This document shows positions 27,956-41,430 of a stretch of DNA of 64,000 bases, piece after piece. Origin of the DNA: Octopus sinensis (taxonomy: Eukaryota); NCBI RefSeq assembly GCF_006345805.1, contig NC_043010.1:47616001-47680000 (forward strand), read 5' to 3'. Position numbers and translations under genes: made by a program. The notes under the pieces were generated by a model that searched no databases, was not told the DNA's origin, and was given only the letters and a program-made list of their open reading frames with translations. Numbering within the stretch: position 1 is the stretch's first letter; each line of letters opens with the position of its first letter.

Positions 27956-28409
27956 TTCCACAAACACATATATACTTACACATATTAATATATGTTTGTA
28001 AGAATCTCTCGTATATGACTGAGAAAGATATCCACCATGTACGAAATGAACTTAATTTTAAATAATTACAAGTGAGCCAAAGAATATAACTTAAACCAGC
28101 TAATGTAATGAATTTAGATCATTCAGGTTGATGATCTGAAATTTACCTCTAAGTTGGAGAAAGAACACAAAATCCTCACAGCAATTATTAGTTACGCTAC
28201 AAGAAAAAGGGGAGATAATTTCAAGGAATTTTAAATTAATTTTGCAAAAAATTGAATTTTCATGTTAACGAAAAAAATCTTATCTGCTTTTGTTGGTAAC
28301 GTTGACAGCTGCATACACGTTTCCATCTTAGATCTTTGTCAGCTCAGTATTGTTGTTTTCAAAGCCATCAGGTAATTCATGATTAATTGAAAACAATGCA
28401 AACAAACAA

Positions 28410-28990
28410 GCATTACATTATTTACATTATTTACATTCGACAGATATTTGTCCTCATCTTGTTTGTTGTAAACACAACGTTTCGGCTGATATACCCTCCA
28501 GCCTTCTTCAGGTGTCTTGGAGAAATTTCGAACCTGGGTTCTCATTCCTAAGGTATTTTTCGATATTGTTATTATTATTAGTGTTCAGATCACTGCTTGG
28601 AATCGAACTCGGAATTTTGGGGTTGGTAGCCCGTGCTCTTAACCACTATGCCATATGCCCATGGGCAATTATGGAGTGAATTTTAGGGCTTATAAATCTA
28701 ATATTTTTCTACCCTTCCTTAATACCAGTTCCCATATGCTGGTCATATCTGCACTCGGTCTGCTTAGGAGGTTAGTGGTTAAGAGCATGGGCAACTAACT
28801 CCAAGATTCCGAGTTCGATTCCAAGCAGTGACCTGAACACTAAGAAGAAGAAGAACAACAACAACAATAATAATAATAACATCGAAAAATACCTTTGGAA
28901 TGAGAACCCAGGTCTGCTTGGGAGGTTAGTGGTTAAGAGCACGGGCTATTAACTCTAAGATTCCGAGTTCGATTCCAAGCAGTGACCTGG
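28410..28990. mobile_element. Penelope-like pLTR cluster with inverted and tandem tRNA-like segments
   Basis: Hammerhead motif; GGTTAAGAGCACGGGCTA...GAGTTCGATTCC segment occurs once inverted and twice direct; similar copy at 61770-61915. Confidence 0.65.
28472..28515 (-). ncRNA. Minimal Penelope-type hammerhead ribozyme motif
   Basis: Minus strand acac-CUGAAGA-a-ggcug...cagcc-GAAA-cg-UU-gugu; decayed copies near 30945 (+) and 61830-61870 (-). Confidence 0.75.
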
Positions 28991-29258
28991 TGGTGGTGGT
29001 AAAGCAACAATACGGGTAAGGGTGATTAGGTGATGGTCTAGGGTTTAGGAGCGGGAGACCCCAGACCTTGGGGAAAAAAAAAAACTTGGTCGTCTTGTAG
29101 TCGAGGGCTCTTCGTTGACACCCAACACCACTGGGAGGTGGCCCTAGAGGTCACTGGAAATGGAGGTCTCCAGGTCCAAATTCTTGAACAGCTGCTGCTG
29201 TTGCTGACCATCAAATGATACAAGTTATTAAAATACGTTTGTCATTGTCTTTTTCTAG

Positions 29259-29384
29259 AATTTTCAACTAATTGTCACATTGGAATCAGGCAATATCCTT
29301 ATCCAGTATGAATTGGAAGATACACAGACAGCTAAGTTAAGTGGACCTAAAGAACTCTCCAATGGAATGTTGCACAAAATTCAG
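29259..29384 (+). CDS. Laminin alpha-like exon, LG2
   Basis: NFQLIVTLESGNILIQYELEDTQTAKLSGPKELSNGMLHKIQ (LamG LxxG and NGxxHxI); TTTTCTAG and CAG|GTAGGT; phase 0/0. Confidence 0.88.
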
Positions 29385-30484
29385 GTAGGTTTGTCATTCT
29401 CATATGTTTTTAACAACAATTAGAACAGGTACGGCTTGTAGTCATACTTATTACACAGCTGCTGCCAGGATTTCGAGATGGCAGTTCTTTCATCATCATC
29501 ATCATTTAGCGTCCGCTTTCCATGCTAGCATGGGTTGGATGGTTCAACTGGGGTCTGGGAAGCCAGAAGGCTGCACCAGGCCCAGTCTGATCTGGCAATG
29601 TTTCTACGGCTGGATGCCCTTCCTAACGCCAACCACTACATGAGTGTAGTGGGTGCTTTTTAAGTGCCACCGGCACAGGTGCCAGACGGGGCTGGCAAAC
29701 GGCCACGGTCGGATGGTGCTCTTTACGTACCACCGGCACGGGAGCCAGGCGAGGCTGGCAATGGCCACAATCGGATGGTGCTTTTTACGTGCCACCAGCA
29801 CGGAGGCCAGTCAGGGCAGTGCTGGCAATGGCCACAATCAGATGGTTCGCTTACGTGCCACCAGCACTGGTATCACAGCTGCAATTTCCATTGATGTTGA
29901 TTGACTTCGATTTTGGTTCTGATTTGTATTTACATATACACATATGCCTTTTACTCTTTTACTTGTTTCGGTCATTTGACTGTGGCCATGCTGGAGCACC
30001 GCCTTTAGTCGAGCAAATCAACCCCAGGACTTATTCTTTGTGTTTTGGGTTCAGTCCCACAACATAGCACCTTGGATAGGTGTCTTCCACACAGCTCTGG
30101 GCCAACCAAAGCCTTGTAAGTGGATTTGGTTGAAGGAAACTGAAAGAATCGTGTATCATGTGTGTGTGTGTGTGTGTGTGTGTATGCTTATGTTTGTCTC
30201 CTCCACTGGGAAACAACCAACATGGGTCTATTTTGGTCCCCCATAACTTAGCATTTGGAGAACAAGAGACTGAACAAATAAGTACAAGGTTTAAAAGTAT
30301 GTACCGGGGTCAGTTTGTCTGACTAAACCCTTCAAAGTGGTGCTCCAGCATGGCCACATTCCAATGACTGGAACAAGCAAATGGTAAAAAAGTAAATAAA
30401 TGTTGAGTCCTTGTGTTTTGTGGAGAAGAAATATTTGTAATATTCAGAAAAGGTCATAAATAATAGAGCTTATAATAACTGTTC

Positions 30485-31020
30485 GATATACAAAGGCAAA
30501 ACATACTGCCCACTCAAAATAAGGGTAGAGGAACATCGTAAAGCTGTAACACAATGTTGAAAAATCAGGTATAGCCGATCATGTATGGAAAAGCAGAGAC
30601 CACCTTCCGCTGTGGGATGAAGTTAAAATAATAGACAGAGAACACCACTGAAAAATATGAAAACTAAAAGAGGCAGCACATATGCTAGGACACAATCACC
30701 TATTAAGTGGACCGAGTGCAGATATGAGTAGAATATGGGAACTGGTATTAAGGAAGGATACAAAAATATTAGGTTTATAAGCCCTGAAATTCACACTGTA
30801 ATTGCCCATGGATATATAGCGTAATTGTTAAGAGCATGGACTACTAACCCCAAGATTCTGAGTTCAATTCCAGGCAGTGTCTTGAATAAATAATAAAATC
30901 AGCAAAAAAAAAAACCAGGGTTGGGTTCAAAATTCTACCAGGACATCTGACGAAGGCTGGAGAGTAAATCAGCTGAATCAAGACAAGGACACATATCTGT
31001 CCAATGTAAATAATGAATAG
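30485..31020 (+). mobile_element. Decayed Penelope-like element 3' region
   Basis: Interrupted translation LKIRVEEHRKAV...SGIADHVW...WDEVKIIDRE...KLKEAAHM, then a pLTR related to 28410-28990. Confidence 0.75.
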
Positions 31021-31306
31021 AGCTTATAAATCTTGGTTTCAGATTAAAATTCAGGCAAAACAGATTCAAAATTGCAAGGAATATTTATTTACCTTCCTTT
31101 TACTTATCATTTTGCTTGTTTCAGTCATTTGACTGTGGCCATGCTGGGGCACTGTCTCGAACGATTTTAGTTGAATGAATTGGCCCTAGTACTTATTTTT
31201 ATCGGTCTCTTTTCCTGAACTACTCAGTCATAGGGACATAAACAAACCAACAACAGTCATGAAGTGGTAGTGGGATACAAACACAGACACAAAGACACAC
31301 ACACAA

Positions 31307-31353
<47 letters not shown>

Positions 31354-31594
31354 ATATATATATATATATATTATATATATATATATATATATATTGGTCT
31401 TCTTTCAGTTTCTATCACTCACACACACACACACACACACACAAACATTTTATACAACAGACTTCTTTCAGTTTCCACTCACATGGTTGGAAATGAAGCT
31501 TCTTACCACACAGCCATGCTTACCTACATGTTACCTAGTTTTAAAAACAATTGTTTTGTACTAATGAATGAAATCTACTGCTTATATATTTTAG

Positions 31595-31752
31595 ATCTCC
31601 ATCAAAAATGGAAAATTTAGTGCTGGGATTGTCGGTGAAAAGTTTAAATTTGACAACACAGACTATAAACCAGAGAAAAATGAGCTGGAGACAGTTTTTT
31701 CACTTGGAGGCCTATCACCTCATTATCAAAACAACACTATCTCTCACTACAG
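31595..31752 (+). CDS. Laminin alpha-like exon, LG2
   Basis: ISIKNGKFSAGIVGEKF...ETVFSLGGLSPHYQNNTISHY(R) contains LGGL; TTTTAG and AG|GTAAGT; phase 0/2. Confidence 0.85.
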
Positions 31753-31895
31753 GTAAGTCAAAAACAAAATATCACAGAATATATATTTAAAAACAAATTT
31801 TATAAATCTGCTTGCATGACATCTTGGACCAATGTTTTCTGCTATTGCCTCAAGTCTTGTGATTGAATTTTGGTTGAATAGAAGCTCTGTGGAAA

Positions 31896-31928
<33 letters not shown>

Positions 31929-32229
31929 GTGTGTGTGTGTGTGTGTGTGTCTGTGTGTGTGTGTGTGGTGTGTGTGTGTGTTGTGTGTGTGTGTGTGTGT
32001 GACATGTGTTCTTGGTTTTATTTTCCAAATTTCTCACACATGAAGAAAGAATTAGTTTCTAGCCTAGAAACAAAAAAATCTTCCATTGGAATTTAGACAG
32101 CATCAAACGGAGTAGTCTTGTGTGTATGTGTGTGTGTTTGTTCCTCCACCATCTCACAACCTATGTTGGTTTGTTTATATCAGACATTTGTTCATTCATT
32201 TGTTCATTCTTCTCTTTCACTTTTTAATT

Positions 32230-32650
32230 TAGAGTAAATTTTGACCAGCCCCTCTATTCGATAGCAAGATTGTAAAAGAAAGTATCTTCTTTTAACCATC
32301 TTCCTTTAAATCTTAAGAAGTTCTTGCAGATTCTTATAGCCCCAGATATCATGATCATTTGTAACCTGTGAATTAAGGATTTTCATTCTCTCTCCAAGAT
32401 CCCAAGTTCAGCCCCACATCACTCCAGGCAGGTTGTTATATATCCTGTTGCTCCAATAATAATTGTCATGAAGCTGAAAGTATATCTTAGGTACTGGATT
32501 TGCAAACTCCTTATCAGTGATCCATACATGTCCTCTTTCTCTTGTATTTTTCTAACCACATTCATGTCCAGAGAGCAGCTAATTTCCATAACAGAACATA
32601 TCTTTTCTCTGTGGTCCCTGACAATGATATCTGGTTGTTTGTATCATAAC
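32230..32650 (-). mobile_element. RLE-type non-LTR retrotransposon 3' fragment
   Basis: Minus translation PDIIVRDHREKICSVMEISC...EKEDMY...IIIGATG resembles the restriction-like endonuclease domain. Confidence 0.65.
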
Positions 32651-32850
32651 TTCATGATTTTGTATGTATGTATGTATGTATGTATGTATGTATGTATGTA
32701 TGTATGTATGTATGTATGTATGTATGTATGTATGTATGTATGTATGTATGTATGTATGTGTGTATGTGTGTATGTATGTGTGTGTGTGTATGAATGTATG
32801 TCTGTGTGTGTGTGTGTATGTGTATGTATGTATGTATGTATGTATGTGAA

Positions 32851-33155
32851 GGCGCATGGCTCAGTGGTTAGAGCATCGAGCTTACGATTGTGAGGTTGTG
32901 AGTTCGATTCCCAGACTGGGCTGTGAGTTGTGTTCTTGAGCAAGACACTTTACTTCACGTTGCTCCAGTTAACTCAGCTATAGAAACGAGCTGCGACATC
33001 ACTGGTGCGAAGCTGTATCTGCTGTTGCCTTTCCCTTGGATAACACTGGTGGCGTGGAGTGGGGAGGCTGGTATGCATGGGAGATTGCTGGTCTTCCATA
33101 AACAACTTTGCCCGGACTTGTACCTCAGAGGGTAACTTTCTAGGTGCAAGCCCAT
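32851..33155 (+). mobile_element. Second tRNA-derived SINE family
   Basis: GGCGCATGGCTCAGTGGTTAGAGC...GAGTTCGATTCC head; related copies at 3301-3520, 4280-4610 and 18660-18835 (-). Confidence 0.8.
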
Positions 33156-34420
33156 GTGTGTGTGTGTGTGTGTGTGTGCATGTAACGGTTAGTTCTTCGT
33201 TGCAGTCGAGGGTCACCAATTGTAACGGTTGTTGTTAAGGTGTTGGTTGCCAGTATGCAAGATGGAAGAAGAACAGTGATTGAAGTTTGAAGGACATATT
33301 TATTTACCGTTACTTTGTATAATGTCTTGACTCGACGGACAAGTGGCTGTATTATATAAAAGCAACAGAGTTATCTTTTCTTGTATGTTATTGCTTTTTC
33401 TTCTTCTTCCAATCAGCCACAAAGAATAATCTCTAATTCGAGCCTACTCTAAGCTACTAAGAATGTGTATGGCAACTTGAAGATCCACCCACCACACGCA
33501 ATAGACTGGCGGTTGCACAGGCGTGAAAGCTACGTTGTTATCCTCATTCCCTAAACAGTGGCTTTTAACGGGTGGAGAGCTGAACCATCTTGGGATACAG
33601 AGGATTTGCAATATAGACTAGATCTGAAAGTTTACCACACCATTGTGGGTTACACCATGGTTCCTCTGCTTTGTGGCAGAAGTAGGAAGAAAGAGTGAGA
33701 GAAAGTTGTGGTGAAAGAGTACAGCAGGGTTCACCCCCGCCAGAGCCTCATGGGCTTAGGTGTTTTAGCTCACTAAACACTCACAATTTGGTCCTCAATC
33801 ACCAAATCCACGCCATGCCCGTATGATCCACTACAAATGTATATATGCATGCATGCACATGTATGTGCATGTATGCATATACATATTGAGGCAACTATGT
33901 GATATGGATGGCATTACTTATGTGGTTCTTACTACATTCCTACTTTTATTCTTCCACTAGTTTTATGGGCTGTGGCCATGCTGGGGCACAGCCTTGAAGA
34001 ATTTTAGTCAAAAGAATCAACCCCTGTACTTAATTTTTAAAACTGCTACTTATTCTATTCTATTGGTCTATTGGTTTAGTTGCTGAACCACTAAGTTACA
34101 GGGACATAAACACACCAACACCGGTTATCAAGCAGTAATGCAGGTCAAACACACACACACACAACTGGCTTCTTTCAGCTTCTGTCTACCAAATCCACAT
34201 ATATGACTTTAATAGAAGACATTTGCCCAGGATGCAAATGTCTTCTTCTAAACGTTTGTTTAATATCTGTTAGTATTTATATCTTCATGAAAGAATTTAT
34301 CATGGAAATAATCTAAGGATGTTTTTTATTTATTTATGAATTCTTCATTCCTTTCTATTATTATCAGCTGCTTCTAAACAAATTTGTTTGCTTAACAAAA
34401 ATGTTATTCATCTGCTGCAG

Positions 34421-34526
34421 GTCATTGACAGGGTGTCTGTCCAATGTCTGGCTAAACGACCAAGAAGTGAGTTTGTTACACCTTCAAGATGCTCGTCATG
34501 TACAGCTTGGAAACTGTGATAAAAAT
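34421..34526 (+). CDS. Laminin alpha-like exon, end of LG2
   Basis: SLTGCLSNVWLNDQEVSLLHLQDARHVQLGNCDKN, LamG GC...C motif; CAG and GTAAGT. Confidence 0.9.
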
Positions 34527-35089
34527 GTAAGTAAATTATTTTTGGCTGCTGCTGCTGCTTCTTCTTCTTCTCTTCTTCTTCTTCTTCTTCTTCTTCTCCT
34601 TCTTCTTCTTCTTCTTCTCCTTCTCCTTCTCCTTCCTCCCTCTCCTCCTTATTCTCCTCTTCCTTCTTCTCCTCCTTCTCCTTCTTTTACTTCTCCTCCC
34701 CTCCCCCTCCCCCTCCTCCTCTTCTTCCTTCTTCTCCTCCTCCTCATTCTTCTTCTTCTTCTCCTTCTTCTTCTCCATCTTCTCCTTCTAATTCTAACCA
34801 GGACTCATGCCATTAGCCACAAAGAATAATCTCTGATTCGAGCCTACTCTAAGCTACTAAGAATGCGTGTGGCAACTTGAAGATCCACCACACTCGATTG
34901 ACTGGCAGTTGCACGGGCGGGAGAGCTACGTTGTTATCCTCATTCCGTAAACAGTGGCTTTTAATGGGTGGAGAGCTGAACCATCCTGGTGTACAGAGGA
35001 TTCGCAATCTAGACTAGGGTCTGAAAGTTTACCACACCATAGTGGGTTACACCATGCTTCCTCTGCTTTTTGGCAGAAGTAGGAAGAAA

Positions 35090-35770
35090 GACCACAAACA
35101 CAGTCTTCTCTTTTGCACACTGCATCTAATTCCTCTTATGCCTAGTTTTTCTCTCAATACACTAACTCTCTGTCGCACATGTACACTTATATTAAACATC
35201 CAGCTGAGCATACAAACCTTATTCCTCTCTAGCCTTTGCTTGTCCTTGACATTCAAGGCCCATATCTCACTACCATATAGAATTGGTGTTTGTATACAGG
35301 CATCATACAATCTTCCTTTCACTTGGAGAGAGAAACCTTTGGTTGCCAACAGAGGTAAAACTCCCTGAATTTTCTCCATCCTATTTTTATCCTAGCTATC
35401 ACATTCTCTGTACATCCTTCTCCACTACTAATTTGGTCCCCTAAGGTGCAGAAATTATTCCACTGCACCTTGTGTGCCCCTAGCTTTCTCTGGGTACAAC
35501 CAATGGAATTCCTGCTTACATCTTTCCTACTAATCAGGCAGAGTCACTTACCTGAAGAGGATAAAGCTCTGTGTGTCTTCTTGCTAACTAAAACCTTAGT
35601 GTTTGTTAAATTAACCTTAATTCCCTTAAATTCCAGGTTTTGCTTCCACTCTTGGAATTTCTTTTCTAGATCTGATATGAGGGCAAGATCATCAGTATAT
35701 AGTAGTTCCCAGGAGTTGCCAGTCTTGAATTCCTCTATTATGGCTTAGAGGACAATGATGAAAAGGAGGG
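35090..35770 (-). mobile_element. RTE-clade LINE RT fragment
   Basis: LPLLATKGFSLQVKGRLYDACIQTPILYGSEIWAL, with upstream ELLYTDDL. Confidence 0.8.
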
Positions 35771-36561
35771 GAAAACATATATATATATATATGTAGTCAT
35801 TTCAAATAAACAAAAAATTCAAATAAATGGATAAAAAACGAAAATAATAAAAACAATAAACAGGAGGACATGCACAAGAAGCATATTAGCTGCTTGATGC
35901 TCAGTGAACGGGGAGAGTTTAATGTTTCAAGCATAACTCTTCGTCTGAGAAAGGGAAAAGTTCAAAGAAGGAGGAGAAAAAGAAATTTCCAACTGGCCAA
36001 GTGTAGTTATATATACACCCAAATACATAGTGATTGATCCATCTTCACAGATGATTGCCATCTCCTTGTGCTTCCTTACTGTCAATGGCATTTCTGACTT
36101 TCCATTCATGACCTCTCAGATGACTATTCAGTCCCATTGCAAATCTGCATGGTTTTGAGAAGCATAGGTAACAGACAAACGTTGTAACTCACGGTGTGCT
36201 TCCAACTGGTTTTGTCTGCATCCATCACTATTCTTTCATCGCCCTAGGACTTTTAATAGATGGAATGACAAATGAAGTTACCGTGAAGTGACATCTGTAC
36301 CTCATTGGATTATAGTGATAAATGCTTGTACAACACAAGTACCACTCAGAGCCTCTCTGATTAGTACCAAGTGGTAGGCTGAAGCAAAATGACCAGTAAT
36401 CTCATGCAACTGCACACATACACACATATATACATGTACATACACACACATACGCATACACATTATTTATCAATCTCTTTATCTATCTGTTTGTTGTTTA
36501 TCTCTGTCAAATGTAAAACTTATTTATTCACATTTTTAATAATTAATCATGTATTATCCAG

Positions 36562-36696
36562 TTGTGGTTATCATGCATCCAATTCACAAAACATTCCAAG
36601 GCATTCCAGCTTCCAGACTTTGGCTTTGTAAAGTCAATATCTATCAAAGTTAGTCATCAAGCTAATGGTGTGGCACTATTCTTTGAAAGAGAAAAG
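36562..36696 (+). CDS. Laminin alpha-like exon, start of LG3 (divergent)
   Basis: LWLSCIQFTKHSKAFQLPDFGFVKSISIKVSHQANGVALFFEREK; CAG and AAG|GTGAGT; phase 0/0. Confidence 0.8.
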
Positions 36697-36929
36697 GTGA
36701 GTCACATTTTATTTATTATTCATCAGTTTATTGTATTATTCTAGATATTGGCAGATCTTAAGTTTTCTATTTAGTACCTAACTCAGCTATTTAGCTTAAC
36801 AAGGAATACCGTAAATCCTCGAGTATAATCCGCATTTTTTTCCCAAAATTTAAAGGTCAAAATCCCTAGTGCATATTATACACGAGGTTAAAAATGAAAA
36901 TTGTTTTCTAAGCAATGTTCGAGTACCAG

Positions 36930-38140
36930 TTTCAGGCATCCACTAATGATGTGTCATACCATTTCACCCCTCTCACTACACATTCTGCATTTGTTGCTAT
37001 CGGTAACATTGTCTATTTGGCACTTCATATAGTCAGTCCCTAACGCTTGTTCCTGAGCTGTGCATATGAGTGCTTTTGTCTCTGTCTTTAAGTCACTCCT
37101 CCTCATCCATAGCCTCTGGCCCTTGTATCTGTCTTGACATTCACATCTCTTGCAAACTGACCGTACATTTTCTTTTCCTTCCATGCTTTTTCTTCTTTTT
37201 TGTACATTTCTTGTTTAGATTTTTCTTTCATTTCACAATTTTCAGTTTTGATGACGCTGGCCTTCTTCATGTGTTTCAACAGTGGCTCATTGACATTTTT
37301 TATATACCACCTTAAGCTGTTTTCCTCTGCTTCGATACAGTCTTGGCAATTGATCAAACCTCTCCCACCCTTTCTTCTGGACAAGTACAGCCTGTGTACT
37401 GTCAACACTTTTCTGTTCTTGGTATCCATTTTCTTCATTTCTCTCTTTTGCCATTTTATAATTCCAGCTCCATACTTAAGTGATGCTCTCACCCACATAT
37501 TAACTGCTTGGATTTTATTCCATCCAGTCAATTTTGAGCACAGTACTAACCTCAGTCTTAGGAAATACTCCATCCTTAGTTGCACTTTCATTTCCTTTTC
37601 CATTATCTCATTGAACTCTTGTACACCAAAATATTTGTATCCTTCTGTTTCGATTTTGTTTACTCAAGTCTTTATTCAGTAATTCTACCTCTTTTTAGGT
37701 AGATTATTCCACACATTATTCTACAGATTATTTAGGTAGATTATTCCACACATCTTGAATCCGAATTTCATTCTAATATCAGTACTAAAACAGTGGACCA
37801 TGTTCATCAAGGAATTCACTTGTGTCTCATTTTTTCCATACAGTTTCAAATCATCCATGAAGAAGAGGTGGCTAATTGTTTTGGGATTTTTCCTTTAGCT
37901 GGTACCCCAAGTTCATTTTCATAAGTACCAAGGTCAGGAGTATCATGCAGAGAACAAAAAGCAATGGAGATAGGCTATCACCCTGGAAAATCCCCCTTCT
38001 GATACCTAGGGTGCCCAAGCTTTTAACATAAGATGTCAGTTCAGTTTTCCATCTTACCATACTCCTCTTCAGGAAACACATTGCATTCCTCACAATTCCA
38101 AACAGATCTAAGCACTTGATGAGCCACAAATGTGGAATCA
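36930..38140 (-). mobile_element. Non-LTR retrotransposon fragment, R4/Dong-like (RT to CCHC)
   Basis: RRGIFQGDSLSPLLF, HLFFMDDLKLY, RLYLSRRKGGRGL, ICTAQEQAL and CRMC motifs across frameshifts. Confidence 0.85.
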
Positions 38141-38163
38141 TATTATCATTTATTATTTTCCAG

Positions 38164-38300
38164 AAATTTGCTATTGAGGTGAATCTACAGGATTCTCTGG
38201 TAGAGGTTACAAACCATGTGACAAAGGATAAATCCAGTATGACCAGAAATTCAAGCACTGCACTCTGGAATGTTATAAGTGTCATTGACCAGGTGGGAAA
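38164..38300 (+). CDS. Laminin alpha-like exon, LG3
   Basis: TTTTCCAG acceptor; KFAIEVNLQDSLVEVTN...ALWNVISVIDQVG; donor AA|GTAAGT, phase 2 matches the next exon. Confidence 0.8.
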
Positions 38301-38309
38301 GTAAGTAAA

Positions 38310-38340
<31 letters not shown>

Positions 38341-40382
38341 CTTCTTCTTCTTCTTCTTCTCCTCCTCCTCCTCCTCCTCCTCCTCCTCCTGCTGTTGCTG
38401 CTTCTGTGGCCTCTGCTTCTTGAAGCTGACTGCTCTTATACCACAATCACTTAAGCACTATTCATACATTCATCTCTCTTCCTCACACCTTCCCTCTATC
38501 CTGTCCCTCACACATTTCCACACCCTAACTGCAAATATACACCAAGGACAGTGATCCTCTGCAATTCCTTCTGTGCATGTGCTTTTCATGTAGCTGTCAG
38601 TTCGGGATCATTCCAATAGAAATATTAGTTTCAAATTTATGCACAAGGTCAGCAATTTTGGGGAGGGGTTAAGTCAATTATATCGCCCCCCCCACACACA
38701 CACACACAAAAAAAAATAATAAAAGGCTATGTCGACCTCAATGGAATTTGAACTCATGATGTAAAGACAGACTAAATACCACTAAGTATTCTGTCCAGTG
38801 TGCTTATGATTTTGTCAGCTTGCCACCCTGTTCCAAAAGAAATATTAACTGTGTCGATCTCATTGATCTTAGGAAGACCTGTGAAGACTGTGGGAAAATT
38901 TGTTGTCAACTCCACTACTTCCACATGATCGCAAAGAAAAAATCTCTTCAGTGTTGCATCAACAATTTGTGATCTGACACCATTGTTTTGAAATAGAATA
39001 TTCTCCTCTCAAGATACCCAGTTGGTCATGTATAACAGAAACAGAATCATGTTTATATCTCCATGCATATTCAGGCATCTGTTTCAGTCGCTTTGCCCTA
39101 GTTTCATCTGATTCAGTTGCTTGTCTTTATCTCTGCCATTGTGCCTTTGCTGCTAAATTATCTTTATCAGTCGTTTATTATATATAAATGAAAGCTCATT
39201 AAAAACTATCTTGTTAAGCGTGCTAGAAATAGCACCAATCACATGGTTATTATTGTAAGGCTTATAGCATTCCAAGTAGACATAGCAACAAAATCACATA
39301 TCATTTAAAAAAAAAAATTATACCAGTATATTAAAGACTTTTCATTTTATCAAAAATATTCATTTAACAAACTCCAGAAACTGCTAATATTCTGGAAATG
39401 GTGCCTCATGTCAAAGTTATATAGCAATTATTAAATTATCGTTAATGAAAATAGAGGCAAACAAGAATGAGAGACTGTTGCAAATAAAAATGTAAAATGT
39501 GGCTTGCAACAAATTAATAGTGCTTATTATTAAACATTAAAATCTTCTCCGCTGTGAATGCAATGAATATTTAAATTCAAGAATGCCGTGAATGCAATGA
39601 ATATTTGAATTTGTGAGAATTTGAAGTTTTAAAAATTCAATAAACTTCAGAAATTGAAATTAAAGGCAATTTCTTAGAACATCTGTATATATATAAGGCA
39701 AGATGTGTGTGTGTGTGTGTATGTGATTGTAGTTTATGCACATCCACAAATTAGCACACATGTCGCTCAAATTTTAGGAGGACATTTGTCACAATCCTAG
39801 CTGTATTTTCGTCAAATTATTTTCCCCCGAGGTACCTGCGAATAGCGGTAAATAATTTTTAGCCATAACTTCTAAATTTTTACAGCGATGAAACCTACCA
39901 TTGTTTACAAAGCAAACATGAGTTAAGTCGCCTCCTAGCGACGGTGTAAAGAGAGGGAGGGAGGGAAGGAGAGAGAGAGAGATAGCAGATTTTTAAAATT
40001 TCGTCTTTTTACTGGCAATAACAGACAGACAGGTGTTGTTATGTAAGTATGTGTGAATGACTTCAGTCACACATACACACACGAGCATTTATGCAATAGG
40101 TGTATGTTCATATATGTTTCTCGATTTTTTTCCACTCATCGATTGTTTTTTCTTTTTGTTTTCATGTAACCCCACTTCGTCCATGGGTTAAGAACCCTTC
40201 CAGCAAGGAAAATAGAACGCCCAAAAGGGCCCCCCGATCCTCTGTGTGAGAAATGGTTATGTTCAGATCACAACTAAGATTATATATATGGGCAACAGAC
40301 ACACACACACAAACGTATACGTACATACACCTATTGTATACACTTTTTTCATAGTGCTTTTTTCATAGCGTTTTTCAGATGG

Positions 40383-40450
40383 CCAGATAACTGAAGAGAT
40401 GGTGGTGTGGATTTCCACCTCGGCATCCGAAACTCAGAATTTTATCTTGG
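40383..40450 (+). ncRNA. Type I hammerhead ribozyme motif
   Basis: ccagauaa-CUGAAGA-gaug...caucc-GAAA-cucagaa-UU-uuaucuugg; stem III is imperfect. Confidence 0.6.
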
Positions 40451-40772
40451 CTACCGAGTAATTGTCACATTTTTTACAGATATATATATATTATATATAT
40501 ATATATTCATTACAGATATAGGGTGAAAGATAATTAATTTAATAAAATCAACAAATTTCACCTTATTCAGTAAAAACCATATTCAGTAAAAACTTATACA
40601 AAAAGTTTTTTTTATATATAATTATAACAATACAGGTTTTGCAAAACCCTTATTGTTATAATTATATATATATATATATATATATTATATATGATGACTT
40701 TCCACATAGATATAATATGTTCATTTTTTTAAAGAAAGTAACTAAGAATAATTGTTTGTTTTCAATGTTTAG

Positions 40773-40964
40773 TCTCCATATTAGCCTGGATGGTCAAAAT
40801 AGTGTGGATATGGGCTATAAAAAAAACACTGGCTGGTTTCAGAACAACGTTAATGATTTTTCCATGAGCATCACTATTGGAGGATTGTCTGAAGACTACC
40901 AAGAATCCAGTAAGAAATCAAAAACATTACATGGGAGTATATCATCTGTGCTTATTGAAAATGC
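40773..40964 (+). CDS. Laminin alpha-like exon, LG3
   Basis: LHISLDGQ...SITIGGLSEDY...TLHGSISSVLIEN (LamG ISLDG, IGGL, and GS in place of GC); TTTAG and GC|GTAAGT. Confidence 0.87.
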
Positions 40965-41430
40965 GTAAGTATAACAGAGTTTAAACCTTTTGATACCAAC
41001 CTGCCTAAGACTACCACAAACCCTATGTTTTCAAGTGATTTAAATAAAAAAAAATGCCTGGCAAAACTTCATGTTAATTTACATCCTAGATACCAGCTTA
41101 ACTATTATTACAAACCTTGCTCTATTTTCAAAATTAATTGAAACAAAGGCAGTGTATTTTAACAGAAATATACTAACAAAAGAGTTGAACAAGGAATTCT
41201 CAAACTACTCTGTTTTCTTTAGCTATTCTTTAGCAGCCAAGCTTTATAATGTTAACCTGGGAAACAGAGTGTATAATGTACATAGGAACACAAGTATATG
41301 TGTATGTTGCATGTGTGTTTGTTTTGAAAATTTGTAGATTACATAAATCATTAAAATGTGGAATGGATGCTGAAAATGAAAGAAAACAAATTTGAAAAAT
41401 GAAACACACACACACATGCATACATATGTA

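Noticed and set aside
32851-32925. tRNA gene candidates (also 630, 52126, 60527)
   Set aside because: No complete acceptor stem; each continues into a shared SINE body.
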